IMG/VR virus record: IMGVR_UViG_3300042520_003480 | Source of the DNA: an uncultured virus (IMG/VR IMGVR_UViG_3300042520_003480) | Lineage: Duplodnaviria; Heunggongvirae; Uroviricota; Caudoviricetes | Direction: 5' to 3' (one strand) | Length of the DNA: 64,000 bases | In this document: in pieces, positions 27,541-36,728 of the stretch | Layout of the letters: every line of letters starts with the position of its first letter | Numbering within the stretch: position 1 is the stretch's first letter | Program-made: the position numbers and the translations under genes | The notes under the pieces: model-generated | Seen by the model: the letters and a program-made list of their open reading frames with translations, nothing else | The model's database searches: none | What the model was told of the DNA's origin: nothing

Positions 27541-28054
27541 GTCTGGTTTCTATAAAAATGCTCTTTGTTAGATAGTGAAACGAATCAACTGCGTTTTGTT
27601 GGAACTCTTCTAGCTGTTTTTTATCAAAAGACAAACAATTAATTTTGTCAATAGACAGTTCGATTGCAAATATGATGTGAAATACAATTGAATCCTTAAT
27701 GGGATTGAGTATTGATAAGGAAACTTGTTTTCCGTCAACAAATATGCTGTTTTCGTCTACAAAACATTGTTTGTTTGTTGTTACAGAAATAAAAGAACCG
27801 AGTTGATTCAAAAATAACCTTTGAAAACAAGCTCCGCCAAACATATTTACACCAGGAAGCTCTACAGCAAGTACGAGTGATTTCTCAATAACAAGCGGTC
27901 CGATAACTGTTGGAGAAATAAAGGATAAGATATCTCCGTGAGGAGAAACATCTTCTCCAAATAATTTAAATGCAAATCTTTGCTGAACTAATCTACAATC
28001 ATACAGACCATCGTCGTTGAGAAACTGTCGAATTTGGTTGTCGTTTAAGATCAT
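27527..28054 (-). CDS. Divergent DUF366-like protein
   Basis: YD...RFAF...GDILSF...VELP...FQRLF...GKQVSLSI...FHI aligns by eye to DUF366, with several acidic motifs missing. Confidence 0.55.
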   Translation of the reverse strand: MILNDNQIRQFLNDDGLYDCRLVQQRFAFKLFGEDVSPHGDILSFISPTVIGPLVIEKSLVLAVELPGVNMFGGACFQRLFLNQLGSFISVTTNKQCFVDENSIFVDGKQVSLSILNPIKDSIVFHIIFAIELSIDKINCLSFDKKQLEEFQQNAVDSFHYLTKSIFIETRRDNL

Positions 28055-28722
28055 TTGCAGTAAGTTTCTTTGAATTTAATGTTCGCTTCATCCCACTGGT
28101 TTGTCAACATTGAGTCCCCTAACCCATAATGAATAACACGGATTGGAAGAACTCCGCATGTGACTGATTTTTGATTAGCTCGCAAACAAAACGCTATATC
28201 ATAAAAATGAAAATTAAAGTTTTCATCAAATGAAAGATCCTTTTCTTTTAAATTTTTTATCTTGCAAGCTATAAACAACCCATCAATAGTCAAAGATCTG
28301 CTTTTTGTTGGACCAAAAATTGTTGTCCAAACCTTTCCTTCGTTAATGTGAGAGACTTCCCCCACATAGTCCTCTCTTGGTGCACAAAGATGCCAAGCAA
28401 GTTTTTCTGCTTGTGTATTGAACGATTTGGCTCCTGCAAGACCTGTTATAGAATATGGACTTTGGGTTAATTTTTCGTAAAGAAAAATATCTTCAAGCAC
28501 TACATCATCGTGAACGAACAACGCGACCTTGTCGTTGTTCTTTGGGTCATTTAAAATTTCGTTATAACACTGAGACAACCCTTTTTTATTATCTTTAAAC
28601 ACATGTAAATCTACGTTGGAGTTAGATTCATATTGTTTTTTTAGACTCTGAAAAATAGGTCTTTGTTCGAACTCTTTATCAGTTTTAGCTTCTGTACAGG
28701 TAACAATTAGTAGTTTGCTCAT
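28051..28722 (-). CDS. GT-A fold (family 2-like) glycosyltransferase
   Basis: GLSQCYN, LFVHDDV, IDGLFIA and FDENFNFHFYDIAFC. Confidence 0.85.
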   Translation of the reverse strand: MSKLLIVTCTEAKTDKEFEQRPIFQSLKKQYESNSNVDLHVFKDNKKGLSQCYNEILNDPKNNDKVALFVHDDVVLEDIFLYEKLTQSPYSITGLAGAKSFNTQAEKLAWHLCAPREDYVGEVSHINEGKVWTTIFGPTKSRSLTIDGLFIACKIKNLKEKDLSFDENFNFHFYDIAFCLRANQKSVTCGVLPIRVIHYGLGDSMLTNQWDEANIKFKETYCK

Positions 28723-29510
28723 ACGTCTTTATATTTTTGTTTAAGGTATTCAATATTTTTTTTAGCCAACATCTGCTGCTCGTTTGTGAGAGTTGCATCA
28801 AAGTATGCATTAGTTGTTGGAATTCTCGTTACATTTTGTGTAGTAAAGTCAATTCCATTAATTGCAGCAAGAATTGTATAACAACTGTCGGAACTACGAA
28901 TGTTTGGAATTTTATTTTGTAAATAATAATCAAACTCTGTGTGTTCTCCCATTCCGAGAAGATGAAGAGGCTTTAACAGCAAATTACGCTTTAGTAACTC
29001 TTCAACGCACTGATTTCTAGATACAGCAATGTGAGTATCTCCAGTCGCATCGTTCCAACATTTGGGAACAGCAATTTTGCTAAGACCAAGACACTTGACA
29101 AACGGACTAACAAGCATGTTATAAAAGCATTCAAACCAAGTCTCTTTATTGCTACCTTGAGGACAAGCAAAAATCCAGGTTGAACTAAGTAAATTCGAGG
29201 CTTTCATTTTTGACACAAAACTTCTAAAGTTTTGCAATGTTTGTTGAGAGTCAAAAAGCACATCTGGAGCAATGACTTCGGATGGTTTAAGTTCCTTGAC
29301 TGCTTCAATCAAAGCATCTTCTGTCACTAAGCTTTCTTCAGCTGCACCGTTATCCAATGTTATAAAGGCTTTTGGATTTGCTTTTCTAATATTAAGAAAG
29401 TGGCTTCTGTAAATTGAGTTATTAAGATAGTGATGAGCTAAAGCGAAATATCTATCGCCATTTTCCATCATATCTAGATGGTTATTTGGTGGGATTGTAT
29501 AGAATTTCAT
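28719..29510 (-). CDS. TGT-like TIM-barrel, putative DpdA-family guanine transglycosylase
   Basis: TGT-type motifs in order: LDNG, APDV, PQG, HLLG and SSDS; located next to a DpdL-like gene. Confidence 0.7.
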   Translation of the reverse strand: MKFYTIPPNNHLDMMENGDRYFALAHHYLNNSIYRSHFLNIRKANPKAFITLDNGAAEESLVTEDALIEAVKELKPSEVIAPDVLFDSQQTLQNFRSFVSKMKASNLLSSTWIFACPQGSNKETWFECFYNMLVSPFVKCLGLSKIAVPKCWNDATGDTHIAVSRNQCVEELLKRNLLLKPLHLLGMGEHTEFDYYLQNKIPNIRSSDSCYTILAAINGIDFTTQNVTRIPTTNAYFDATLTNEQQMLAKKNIEYLKQKYKDV

Positions 29511-29932
29511 TTATTCTTAAAAATATATTGTTTTACATCGAGTATTCCAAGATCAATGTCCCCTTGTTCAGCTTCTTTAAATGAAATTGCGTCCCCTTGT
29601 CGGGCTCTTTCCTTGTATCTTAACTTTCTTTCCTTTTTAGGGCATTCGATCCACAAAAGAGTTGCTTCTGGAAAGTGCTTTATAATTTCTTTTTGTCTAA
29701 CACCTGATACAATGTATTGCTTCACGTCGCTTAAAGGCATCTTGCGTATCAAATTTTCAACAATTTGTTCATGAAGATGCTTTGAATCTTGAAGTTGCTT
29801 TCTGTCACTTGTCTGTTTAATTTCTCTAACAATATCTCCAATTTCAATAAAAATTCCATCAACCAACGCAGCAAGAGCCTTCGAGTAATGGGTTTTACCG
29901 GAACAAAGCTGTCCACAAACAAACGTTATCAT
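29507..29932 (-). CDS. P-loop nucleoside/nucleotide kinase-like protein
   Basis: N-terminal GQLCSGKT, GDIVRE, VSGVR and an ERxxR lid. Confidence 0.8.
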   Translation of the reverse strand: MITFVCGQLCSGKTHYSKALAALVDGIFIEIGDIVREIKQTSDRKQLQDSKHLHEQIVENLIRKMPLSDVKQYIVSGVRQKEIIKHFPEATLLWIECPKKERKLRYKERARQGDAISFKEAEQGDIDLGILDVKQYIFKNK

Positions 29933-30273
29933 CTGTATACTTTAGCTCCGTTTTCGTTATCTTCAAGAACTTCTACTGAAGAACAGTTGAATTTTTCAAG
30001 CAAATGCTGAGAGAGCATTTCACACGACATTGCTCCAAGATCTCCAGGTCTTCCAAAAGCAACTTCAAGATATTTAACAATATCTTGTTTGAAAAGAATA
30101 ATTTCAACATCTCTATCAGAATGTGTTACTTCTTTCTCAAGGGTGATGTGAAAAATATGCCTATGCTTGTCTTTTAGCATATGAATCCAAGGTTGATTAG
30201 GAAGCATTTCAGCCACACCAGGCCAATTATGAAGAGCTTCGTATTGTAGCTTTACAATAATATTTGTTATCAT
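29929..30273 (-). CDS. dpdL: QueD-paralog T-fold protein (DpdL-like); likely start MITNII at 30273
   Basis: ALHNW, LKDKHRHIF (LxxxHRHxF in place of QueD CxxxHGH), SCEM and EDNENGA. Confidence 0.7.
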   Translation of the reverse strand: MITNIIVKLQYEALHNWPGVAEMLPNQPWIHMLKDKHRHIFHITLEKEVTHSDRDVEIILFKQDIVKYLEVAFGRPGDLGAMSCEMLSQHLLEKFNCSSVEVLEDNENGAKVYR

Positions 30274-30280
30274 CAAGGTC

Positions 30281-30308
30281 AGTATAAAGGAAAAAAGGCC
30301 CAATGCAA
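30281..30308 (-). promoter_or_regulatory. Sigma70-like promoter of the modification operon
   Basis: TTGCAT-N16-TATACT, 7 nt before the ATG at 30273. Confidence 0.6.
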
Positions 30309-30326
30309 CAGCAAAGGGCCTTTTTT
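30291..30326. terminator. Intrinsic terminator overlapping the promoter
   Basis: AAAAAAGGCCC...GGGCCTTTTTT inverted repeat. Confidence 0.7.
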
Positions 30327-30339
30327 ATTTTGTTTATTT

Positions 30340-30561
30340 TTAGGCTTCGACGACGGCTGCAAATTGCCCAAGATTGTTACGCACATTGTGGTAACGAGGA
30401 CGAAGAATTGCTTGGTTAGTACGATCCAAAAAGCCTACAAACTCGTACTTTGACGGATTCAGATGACGAGCGATCATCTTTTGTTTGCGGTTTTGAGTGA
30501 GACTGGAATCGAGGTTAGTCTTTCCAGTGATTTGTTCGATTTGTTTGATTACTGTGTTCAT
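30340..30561 (-). CDS. Small hypothetical early-type protein
   Basis: 73 aa, with its own TTGACT promoter and a downstream terminator; C-terminal RNxxGQFA. Confidence 0.65.
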   Translation of the reverse strand: MNTVIKQIEQITGKTNLDSSLTQNRKQKMIARHLNPSKYEFVGFLDRTNQAILRPRYHNVRNNLGQFAAVVEA

Positions 30562-30594
30562 TGGATCTTTATAATCTAATGAATATTTTTAGAG

Positions 30595-31494
30595 TCAACT
30601 GTTATTTTTTAAATTATTAATTTCTTCAGTTAAATCTTGAATTGCTTTTACTAATATCGGAATTAATTTTCCGTATGAAGCTTCAATCTTGTCTGGATTT
30701 GATTCGTCAACCAACCCAGGAACAACAAAGTCTGTTTTTTGTTGAGCTTCTACTAATTGTTGAGCAATAAATCCGATATCAGAGCAACCGACTTTGCTTC
30801 CATCTCTTGAGTTCCAGTCAAATGATACCGGCTCTAACGCATTAATGAACGCTAAAGCTGGCGAAAGAAGGGATATATTTGTTTTGTCCCTTTTGTCTGA
30901 AAGACTGGTAATTGAACCAGCTTGACAGCGCAATGTTTTAATTGCAGCGTTACCTAGATTTATAGTATTTGATTCGTCACAACAATTTGGAGCACTTTGA
31001 TTTCCAATGTATGTGTTGTTAGTTCCAACTGTATTATAAAATCCTGCATTATATCCAATAGCCGTATTGCCGTTTCCTGTACTATTTGAGCCAAGAGCTT
31101 GATATCCAATAGCTACGTTGCCCGACCCAGAAGTAACAGAAGATAAAGCGTTCGTTCCAATTGCTATGTTTTTATATCCAGTAGTTAAATTTGCAAAATT
31201 ATTTTGACCGACTGTAATGTTGTCTGTTCCTACTGAACGGGTTGTCCAAAAGGACGAAAGACTTTGAACCGTTGTATATGCCCCATTCCAAAGAGGAAAA
31301 TTGGCGTTTACTAGAGCAATAGTTGGAGCAATAAATGTGTTTATATAAGGAATATAAGAAGAGCTTGATGCTTGAAACAACGTTGAGAGAGCAATTTTTT
31401 GTGTTGTTCCTGAATTGACTATTGGTAATACATCTGCTAAAGAAACATTAACAAATAGAAGTTCTGGTAAATTGGATATTTTTGTATCAGCCAT
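30595..31494 (-). CDS. Fibre/spike protein with a C-terminal intramolecular chaperone (peptidase S74-like)
   Basis: N-terminal KISNL, NxAIGxxAL repeats and SDKRDKTNI...GFIAQ...LVKAIQDL. Confidence 0.88.
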   Translation of the reverse strand: MADTKISNLPELLFVNVSLADVLPIVNSGTTQKIALSTLFQASSSSYIPYINTFIAPTIALVNANFPLWNGAYTTVQSLSSFWTTRSVGTDNITVGQNNFANLTTGYKNIAIGTNALSSVTSGSGNVAIGYQALGSNSTGNGNTAIGYNAGFYNTVGTNNTYIGNQSAPNCCDESNTINLGNAAIKTLRCQAGSITSLSDKRDKTNISLLSPALAFINALEPVSFDWNSRDGSKVGCSDIGFIAQQLVEAQQKTDFVVPGLVDESNPDKIEASYGKLIPILVKAIQDLTEEINNLKNNS

Positions 31495-31498
31495 AGTG

Positions 31499-32056
31499 TT
31501 AACAATTATTTAATAAAAAATCCAATTCTAATCTATCTCCGTTTTCTTGTAACAAATAAAGAGTGTCTCCATCTAACAACACAAATCCCGATAACGAAGG
31601 AGTTGATATTATAGGATATTGAGAATTTAGTACCGAAATACCGCTATTAAAAGGAAATTGATATGGAGTAAATGTAGTCGGAGAAGAATATGTATTAATT
31701 TTTACGTTATCTGTAAGCTTGCCGTAGCCTGCTGGGTTTTCAAAAATAATGTCTACAAGCCCTGGACAAGTTGCTGAGGGCATTAGGAACCTAACGGTGG
31801 AATTTTTGTCATAACTCCATTCACAATGGAGAAGCTTTACACCAAAAAACGGTGGGTATTTATTAGAAGTTTTAGCAGGAAATTTTTCAAATGGATTGTG
31901 CTCAGTCGAAATGTCGTGTAACGGATGACCAGAAAGATATACGTTTGTTAAATTTTCAAAGCCAGAACCAATTACTTCAAACCAACGGGTTTGTCCTACA
32001 TTGACAGAGTAAGCAGACTTTATATATTTTGGCTTAGGAGGAACGCTATAAATCAT
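31499..32056 (-). CDS. Ig-like (IPT/TIG) structural protein
   Basis: VIGSGF...VDIIFENPAGY and C-terminal YLLQENGDRLEL. Confidence 0.6.
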   Translation of the reverse strand: MIYSVPPKPKYIKSAYSVNVGQTRWFEVIGSGFENLTNVYLSGHPLHDISTEHNPFEKFPAKTSNKYPPFFGVKLLHCEWSYDKNSTVRFLMPSATCPGLVDIIFENPAGYGKLTDNVKINTYSSPTTFTPYQFPFNSGISVLNSQYPIISTPSLSGFVLLDGDTLYLLQENGDRLELDFLLNNC

Positions 32057-32739
32057 ATGTTGGTCCTAATACAAGGCTCTAGTAAGTATTCTGATACAAT
32101 ATTTTTAGAAGGAGTTATAGTTGTTTCTATTGTGTGAATATTTTCAATTGAATCAGGCAAAGATTGAAAGACCCATCCCTTAAACGTAAAAGATAAATCT
32201 GCAACAACTCTTGCAACTGTAGTTGCGTTTAGGTCTGTTGGATATTGTATGCTCACATTCCCGTCCCAAACTACTTTTGAACGAGTTTCATGATCTTGTC
32301 TATTTGGGGTTCTCCAAGATATTACAAAGTAAGGGTTAATATAGGGAATCAAATGAGATATAATTTGATCCATGTCTTCTTGGTATCTCGTTAAGATAGA
32401 AACTTTGTAGTTAATGTCGATTGGCAAAGGAGCTTTTTCGTGTAGACTGGCAGTTGAGTATTTTGGAGTGTGAAATGTACCTAGTATTTTATTTGCAACA
32501 CGACCTTGATCTCTTGCAATTCCTCCTATTTGAACAGACATAGCTGGAAGTTGTATGTTTTGATCCTTATCAAGCAAGTCAGCAAGCACTCTTTGCTTGG
32601 GGGCATATACAATTCTCACTTTAATTTGATCTCTTGCTTCTTTATGGACGTTGAATCTTTTAATTACAATGTCGCTCATCGAAGCTAAAAACTGATTAGT
32701 CATCGTAATTAATTCGTGATCGTACGTGTAAGTGTTCAT
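32053..32739 (-). CDS. gp15: Tail terminator / sheath stabiliser
   Basis: IKVRIVYAPKQR, LPAMS, DMDQII...PYINP and LSFTFKGWVF. Confidence 0.88.
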   Translation of the reverse strand: MNTYTYDHELITMTNQFLASMSDIVIKRFNVHKEARDQIKVRIVYAPKQRVLADLLDKDQNIQLPAMSVQIGGIARDQGRVANKILGTFHTPKYSTASLHEKAPLPIDINYKVSILTRYQEDMDQIISHLIPYINPYFVISWRTPNRQDHETRSKVVWDGNVSIQYPTDLNATTVARVVADLSFTFKGWVFQSLPDSIENIHTIETTITPSKNIVSEYLLEPCIRTNI

Positions 32740-32757
32740 TTATATAGTATATTTAAC

Positions 32758-32791
32758 AAAAAAGAGCTTGAATTACTTCAAGCTCTCCTTT
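32758..32791 (-). terminator. Intrinsic terminator
   Basis: GAGCTTGAA-ttac-TTCAAGCTC hairpin with a plus-strand A-tract. Confidence 0.75.
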
Positions 32792-32810
32792 GAACACCCG
32801 CAATCTGTTG

Positions 32811-33650
32811 TTAATCTTCCCACTTAAAGCTGCCTTTAGTGGTATTGAAATATGGATCAATCATTCGATCAAACTTCGATAAATCTGCAGTATCTTCATC
32901 GTCAAAGTCTAAAGCTTCTGTGTCTTCTTCATCAGAAGTTTCCTTTTCTTTTTCGATTTCTGAAAGTCCACCTGTATCTAAAAGGGCTAGTGCTTTTGAA
33001 GTGGTTACCATTTTGACCACTTCCTCCCATGACATTTCTTTATCTTCTGGTAACCTGTTAAACGCTTTTTGTAGGTCGGAATCATCTGAATTAAGATCAG
33101 CTGCTTTAATATAAACTTTTTCTACATCTAAGTCTTCTGTTTCTTCAGGAGCTTCAGGGGTTTCTGCGGTTTCTAAACTTGGATTTAATGCGTTTTTGAG
33201 AGCTTGCTTAAATTCTTTTTGAGTCATTTCTTTCTCGAGCTCTTCTCCGCCGGCAGTGGTGTATTTTACATTATTTTTTAGAAGAGTCATCATTCTGTCT
33301 GCTAAGAATTTGGAAGCATATTCAGCGGAAGCTTTTAAGGCAGTTTTGCTTGAAACTGACTTAATTGCGGCTTGAATTGCTGTGTGTAATTCTTCAGCGT
33401 TATCAACCGTCGGAGAATATGTATTCTCGTTCTCCGAAAAAACCTCTTTAAAAATTTCTTCTAAAACTTTGTGTCTGTCCTCTGGAGTTAATTTTTGTAA
33501 AGGAGCCCAGTGCCCTTTTGCTTCTCCTTCTGGAACTCCGCCTTTGATATGCTTTACTGCTCCACCCATTCCTCCTTCAAACCCGCTAATGTCTGCTGGA
33601 ACCATTTCACTAAGCATTTGCTCTAAAAGAACATCAAAATTTTTGGTCAT
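32811..33650 (-). CDS. Acidic hypothetical late protein, possible internal head protein
   Basis: N-terminal NFDVLLEQMLSE. Confidence 0.6.
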   Translation of the reverse strand: MTKNFDVLLEQMLSEMVPADISGFEGGMGGAVKHIKGGVPEGEAKGHWAPLQKLTPEDRHKVLEEIFKEVFSENENTYSPTVDNAEELHTAIQAAIKSVSSKTALKASAEYASKFLADRMMTLLKNNVKYTTAGGEELEKEMTQKEFKQALKNALNPSLETAETPEAPEETEDLDVEKVYIKAADLNSDDSDLQKAFNRLPEDKEMSWEEVVKMVTTSKALALLDTGGLSEIEKEKETSDEEDTEALDFDDEDTADLSKFDRMIDPYFNTTKGSFKWED

Positions 33651-33702
33651 AGTTTTATTTATTTAAATATATATTATTTTTAACTAATTAATAAATATCC
33701 TT

Positions 33703-34659
33703 ATGATTACTTTTTATAAATATTTCTTTTCTTCAGCAGATTTGTTGAGTGAAGGAGGAAATGTTTTTGGAACTACCTCTCCTATTAAAAAAGAATACAT
33801 ACAGCCAACTCTTAAACAATTTTTTAAAGAGTTTGGAGAAGTTTTTCCTAAAGCTAAAGCTCACTTTGAGGGAGTTCGTACTCTCGGTTCGGTTGGCAAG
33901 AAAGATGTTTCTGGTGACATCGACTTAGCTTTATCTGAAGATTCGTTTAAAAATATTGCGGATTGGCAATTAGACGAAAATAAAGTTAAAGAGCATTTTA
34001 ATTTGTTTAAAAAAAGAGCTAAAACATCTACTGACGAACAATTGACAAAAAGAGCTGTTATCGTATCTATTGCAGAAAAGATCGAGGCTTCCGGCAAAGA
34101 CATTCTCGTGGACGTTAAGGGATCTTCGAGTGGTTCGTTGTTTTGTCAGTTTCCACAGTACGATCAAAAGGGAAATAAAACAGAACAATACGTTCAAATT
34201 GACATCAATATTGGTAATATTGATTGGCTTTCTTTTGCTTATCATTCTGCAGTTTATAAGGGAAACGTAAAAGGACTGCATAGAACACAATTGTTGGTTG
34301 CTTTATTTTCTCACAAAGGGTTTACTTTTTCACATAACTATGGCGTAAAGAGTAAAGAAACTCAAGAAATTGCTGCTGCTTCGCCTGATCAAGCTATAAA
34401 GCTATTGAATAAAATGTATGGCACAAAGCTGAATACTGAAAATATAGGAGATTATTTTAGTATTATAAAAGAGATTAAGCAAAAATTATCTCCTCAAGAT
34501 CTTAATTCTGTATTTGACACATATTTAAAAATTTTAGATAGCACAAGAGCTGATATTCCAGAAGACTTACAACAATATTGGATTGGCAACCAAGAACGTT
34601 TGGGCTTAAAGGGAAAATTTTTACCAGATGACTCCAACTTAGTTAATTACAAGAAGTAA
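33703..34659 (+). CDS. Pol-beta superfamily nucleotidyltransferase
   Basis: LGSVGKK..SGDIDL with a third acid in VQIDI; leader MITFYKYF...LLSEGG. Confidence 0.8.
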   Translation: MITFYKYFFSSADLLSEGGNVFGTTSPIKKEYIQPTLKQFFKEFGEVFPKAKAHFEGVRTLGSVGKKDVSGDIDLALSEDSFKNIADWQLDENKVKEHFNLFKKRAKTSTDEQLTKRAVIVSIAEKIEASGKDILVDVKGSSSGSLFCQFPQYDQKGNKTEQYVQIDINIGNIDWLSFAYHSAVYKGNVKGLHRTQLLVALFSHKGFTFSHNYGVKSKETQEIAAASPDQAIKLLNKMYGTKLNTENIGDYFSIIKEIKQKLSPQDLNSVFDTYLKILDSTRADIPEDLQQYWIGNQERLGLKGKFLPDDSNLVNYKK

Positions 34660-34660
34660 T

Positions 34661-36208
34661 ATGAGTGGCGTTGCAGGAGGAAATAGGATTAGTAAACAAT
34701 ACGTTAAACAAACGTTTGATAATTTTGTTGATCAAGTGCTGAAAAAAATTCCTGGATTTGAAAAGGCATCCCTTTCTGGAAGCATTAAAGTAGGAATCAA
34801 ACCAGATTATGGAGATATAGATTGTATTGCTTTGTTTCAAGGAGATGACAAAAAGGAAGTAAAACAAAGAATTATTGAGTCGATTACAAAACTACCTCAA
34901 GATGTAATTCTGCCTTTCAAAAGCGAAAAATATGCAGGGAGACGCTACTATAATTCTGGAGAAATTATTTCTGTTTTATTTCCAATATCTGGAGATTTAG
35001 GCAAAACAATACAAGTGGATATTATTATTTCGTTATCAGAGACTGAACACGTTTTTAAAAATAGTTTTTTAGATATATCCGCTGAAAAACAAGGGTTGTT
35101 ACTTGGATTGGCAAAAGCAATTTTAATTGAAGAGTCTCCACAAAGTGCATTTCAAAGGTTAAAAATTAATAATATTCCTCCTCTTGCAGAAGACGAAGAA
35201 TATGAATTTAATTTAAGCTCTGTTAAATTGACACTTAGAAAAGTAAAATTAAAGGACTTTAAAGAAATAGCAAGAGAAGACATTTGGAATTCTCCAGATT
35301 GGAACGATGTAAAAAAACTTTTTGTAAATTACAACATTAATGGGTCTTTTGAGGAGTTATTGGACGACCTTTCATCTAAATTAAAGAATCAAAGATCAAA
35401 GAATAGGATTGCTGGCACTTTTAGATCCATGGTGAGCGTTAAAAGTGGAGAATTAGGAACACCAAAAGGAGATGCAAAAGAAGCTGCCCTAAAAGAAGTA
35501 GCTAGAACTCTCAGCGAATCTATTGAAAATGCTCACTTAACGGTGGCCTTGTATGCTGGAGGATTCAAGCCACCTCACAAGGCTCACTTTGAGAATGCTA
35601 AATTCTTGTGCAGTCTTGCTGACAAACTTATTGTTTTTATTGGTCCTGTCAAACGAGAGGGAGTTGTTTTAGTAACACAAGAACAATCAAGAGATATCTG
35701 GGAAATTTACGCTAAACATTTACCAAAACCGGTTGAAATACATCTCAGTAAAGTTACTCCAATTAGAGATTTGTATGAGTGGGTTGATGCAAATCAAGAA
35801 TCAGTAAAAAACGTTATTACAGGAACAATTGAATCAGAAATAAATCAAAAATTTGGATATTTTATAAAAAACAAAGAAAAATATCCTAAGGTAATTCTAA
35901 AAACGTTACCGGTCATTGAATCAGCAGAAGATCAAAAGTTTTCAGCAACTACTTTAAGACAATCTGAGCAAGCTATTGCAGAAGGTTCCTGGATTCCAAA
36001 AGAAGTTGCTCAATCTGCCGAAGATAAGCAGACAATACTAAATTTGTTAGTTCCGAAAACAGAATCATTTCAGACTTTTTTTAAAAAGCAAACAGACTCT
36101 CTTTTAGTAACGGAAAAATGCTGGAAGGGATATCAGCAAAAAGGAATGAAGAAAAAAGGAAAAAAACTAGTTCCTAATTGTGTTAAGACTAATACCAAGA
36201 AGGCTTAG
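34661..36208 (+). CDS. Pol-beta nucleotidyltransferase fused to a HIGH-type (cytidylyltransferase-like) domain
   Basis: SGS...YGDIDC...IQVDI, then YAGGFKPPHKAH...FSATTLR; C-terminal CWKGY...VPNCV. Confidence 0.8.
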   Translation: MSGVAGGNRISKQYVKQTFDNFVDQVLKKIPGFEKASLSGSIKVGIKPDYGDIDCIALFQGDDKKEVKQRIIESITKLPQDVILPFKSEKYAGRRYYNSGEIISVLFPISGDLGKTIQVDIIISLSETEHVFKNSFLDISAEKQGLLLGLAKAILIEESPQSAFQRLKINNIPPLAEDEEYEFNLSSVKLTLRKVKLKDFKEIAREDIWNSPDWNDVKKLFVNYNINGSFEELLDDLSSKLKNQRSKNRIAGTFRSMVSVKSGELGTPKGDAKEAALKEVARTLSESIENAHLTVALYAGGFKPPHKAHFENAKFLCSLADKLIVFIGPVKREGVVLVTQEQSRDIWEIYAKHLPKPVEIHLSKVTPIRDLYEWVDANQESVKNVITGTIESEINQKFGYFIKNKEKYPKVILKTLPVIESAEDQKFSATTLRQSEQAIAEGSWIPKEVAQSAEDKQTILNLLVPKTESFQTFFKKQTDSLLVTEKCWKGYQQKGMKKKGKKLVPNCVKTNTKKA

Positions 36209-36716
36209 GTCGTTTTGACCAAGTAGCAAAAGACTTGTCTAACCGAATATACTGTTTGTATTTATCTGTGATTGGAAGTTGCTCAAAACCTTTAATTTGC
36301 CTGCAATTAGATTCTGGATTGATTGCAACAGCAAAAGGCGTTAATTTAGTTCCTTTGCAAACAGAAGTCTTGTTGACATTATCTTTGCACCATTGAATAA
36401 ATGTCTTGGTAAAGTGCTCTGCAGAAGTTGGCCAACGATAGTCTCGTTCATTGAACATTTCTAAAGCATGCTCACACAACCACTCGAAGTTAGCCTTTGA
36501 TTCTCTAACCCAAACCGAACAAGGGTGATTGTAATAGCCTTTACCAGATTTACGAGGGGTTCCTTTTTTAGTAGGAGGAGCTGACAATAAAGCTTGATTT
36601 GTAAAACAATGTTGCAAAAGAATAGCTGATTCAATCTGCATTTTAGATCTGCAATGTTGATCACAGAGTTCTTGAGCTGAAATAATTGGATTGTCGTTTG
36701 TACAAAAAATGTTCAC
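36189..36716 (-). CDS. Pyrimidine-dimer DNA glycosylase / endonuclease V-like protein
   Basis: MNIF...P..SAQ.LCDQH..KMxIESAxLL...NHPCSVW...C-terminal PSW; GTG start. Confidence 0.75.
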   Translation of the reverse strand: MNIFCTNDNPIISAQELCDQHCRSKMQIESAILLQHCFTNQALLSAPPTKKGTPRKSGKGYYNHPCSVWVRESKANFEWLCEHALEMFNERDYRWPTSAEHFTKTFIQWCKDNVNKTSVCKGTKLTPFAVAINPESNCRQIKGFEQLPITDKYKQYIRLDKSFATWSKRPKPSWY

Positions 36717-36728
36717 TGACCTAGTATC

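Noticed and set aside
30274..30303. N-terminal extension MGLFSFILTL on the DpdL-like ORF
   Set aside because: It overlaps the promoter and terminator; the ATG at 30273 fits better.
33703..36208. CBASS cyclase operon
   Set aside because: No Cap effector or ancillary genes, and the late promoter and cargo-like leader do not fit; the specific NTase activity remains open.
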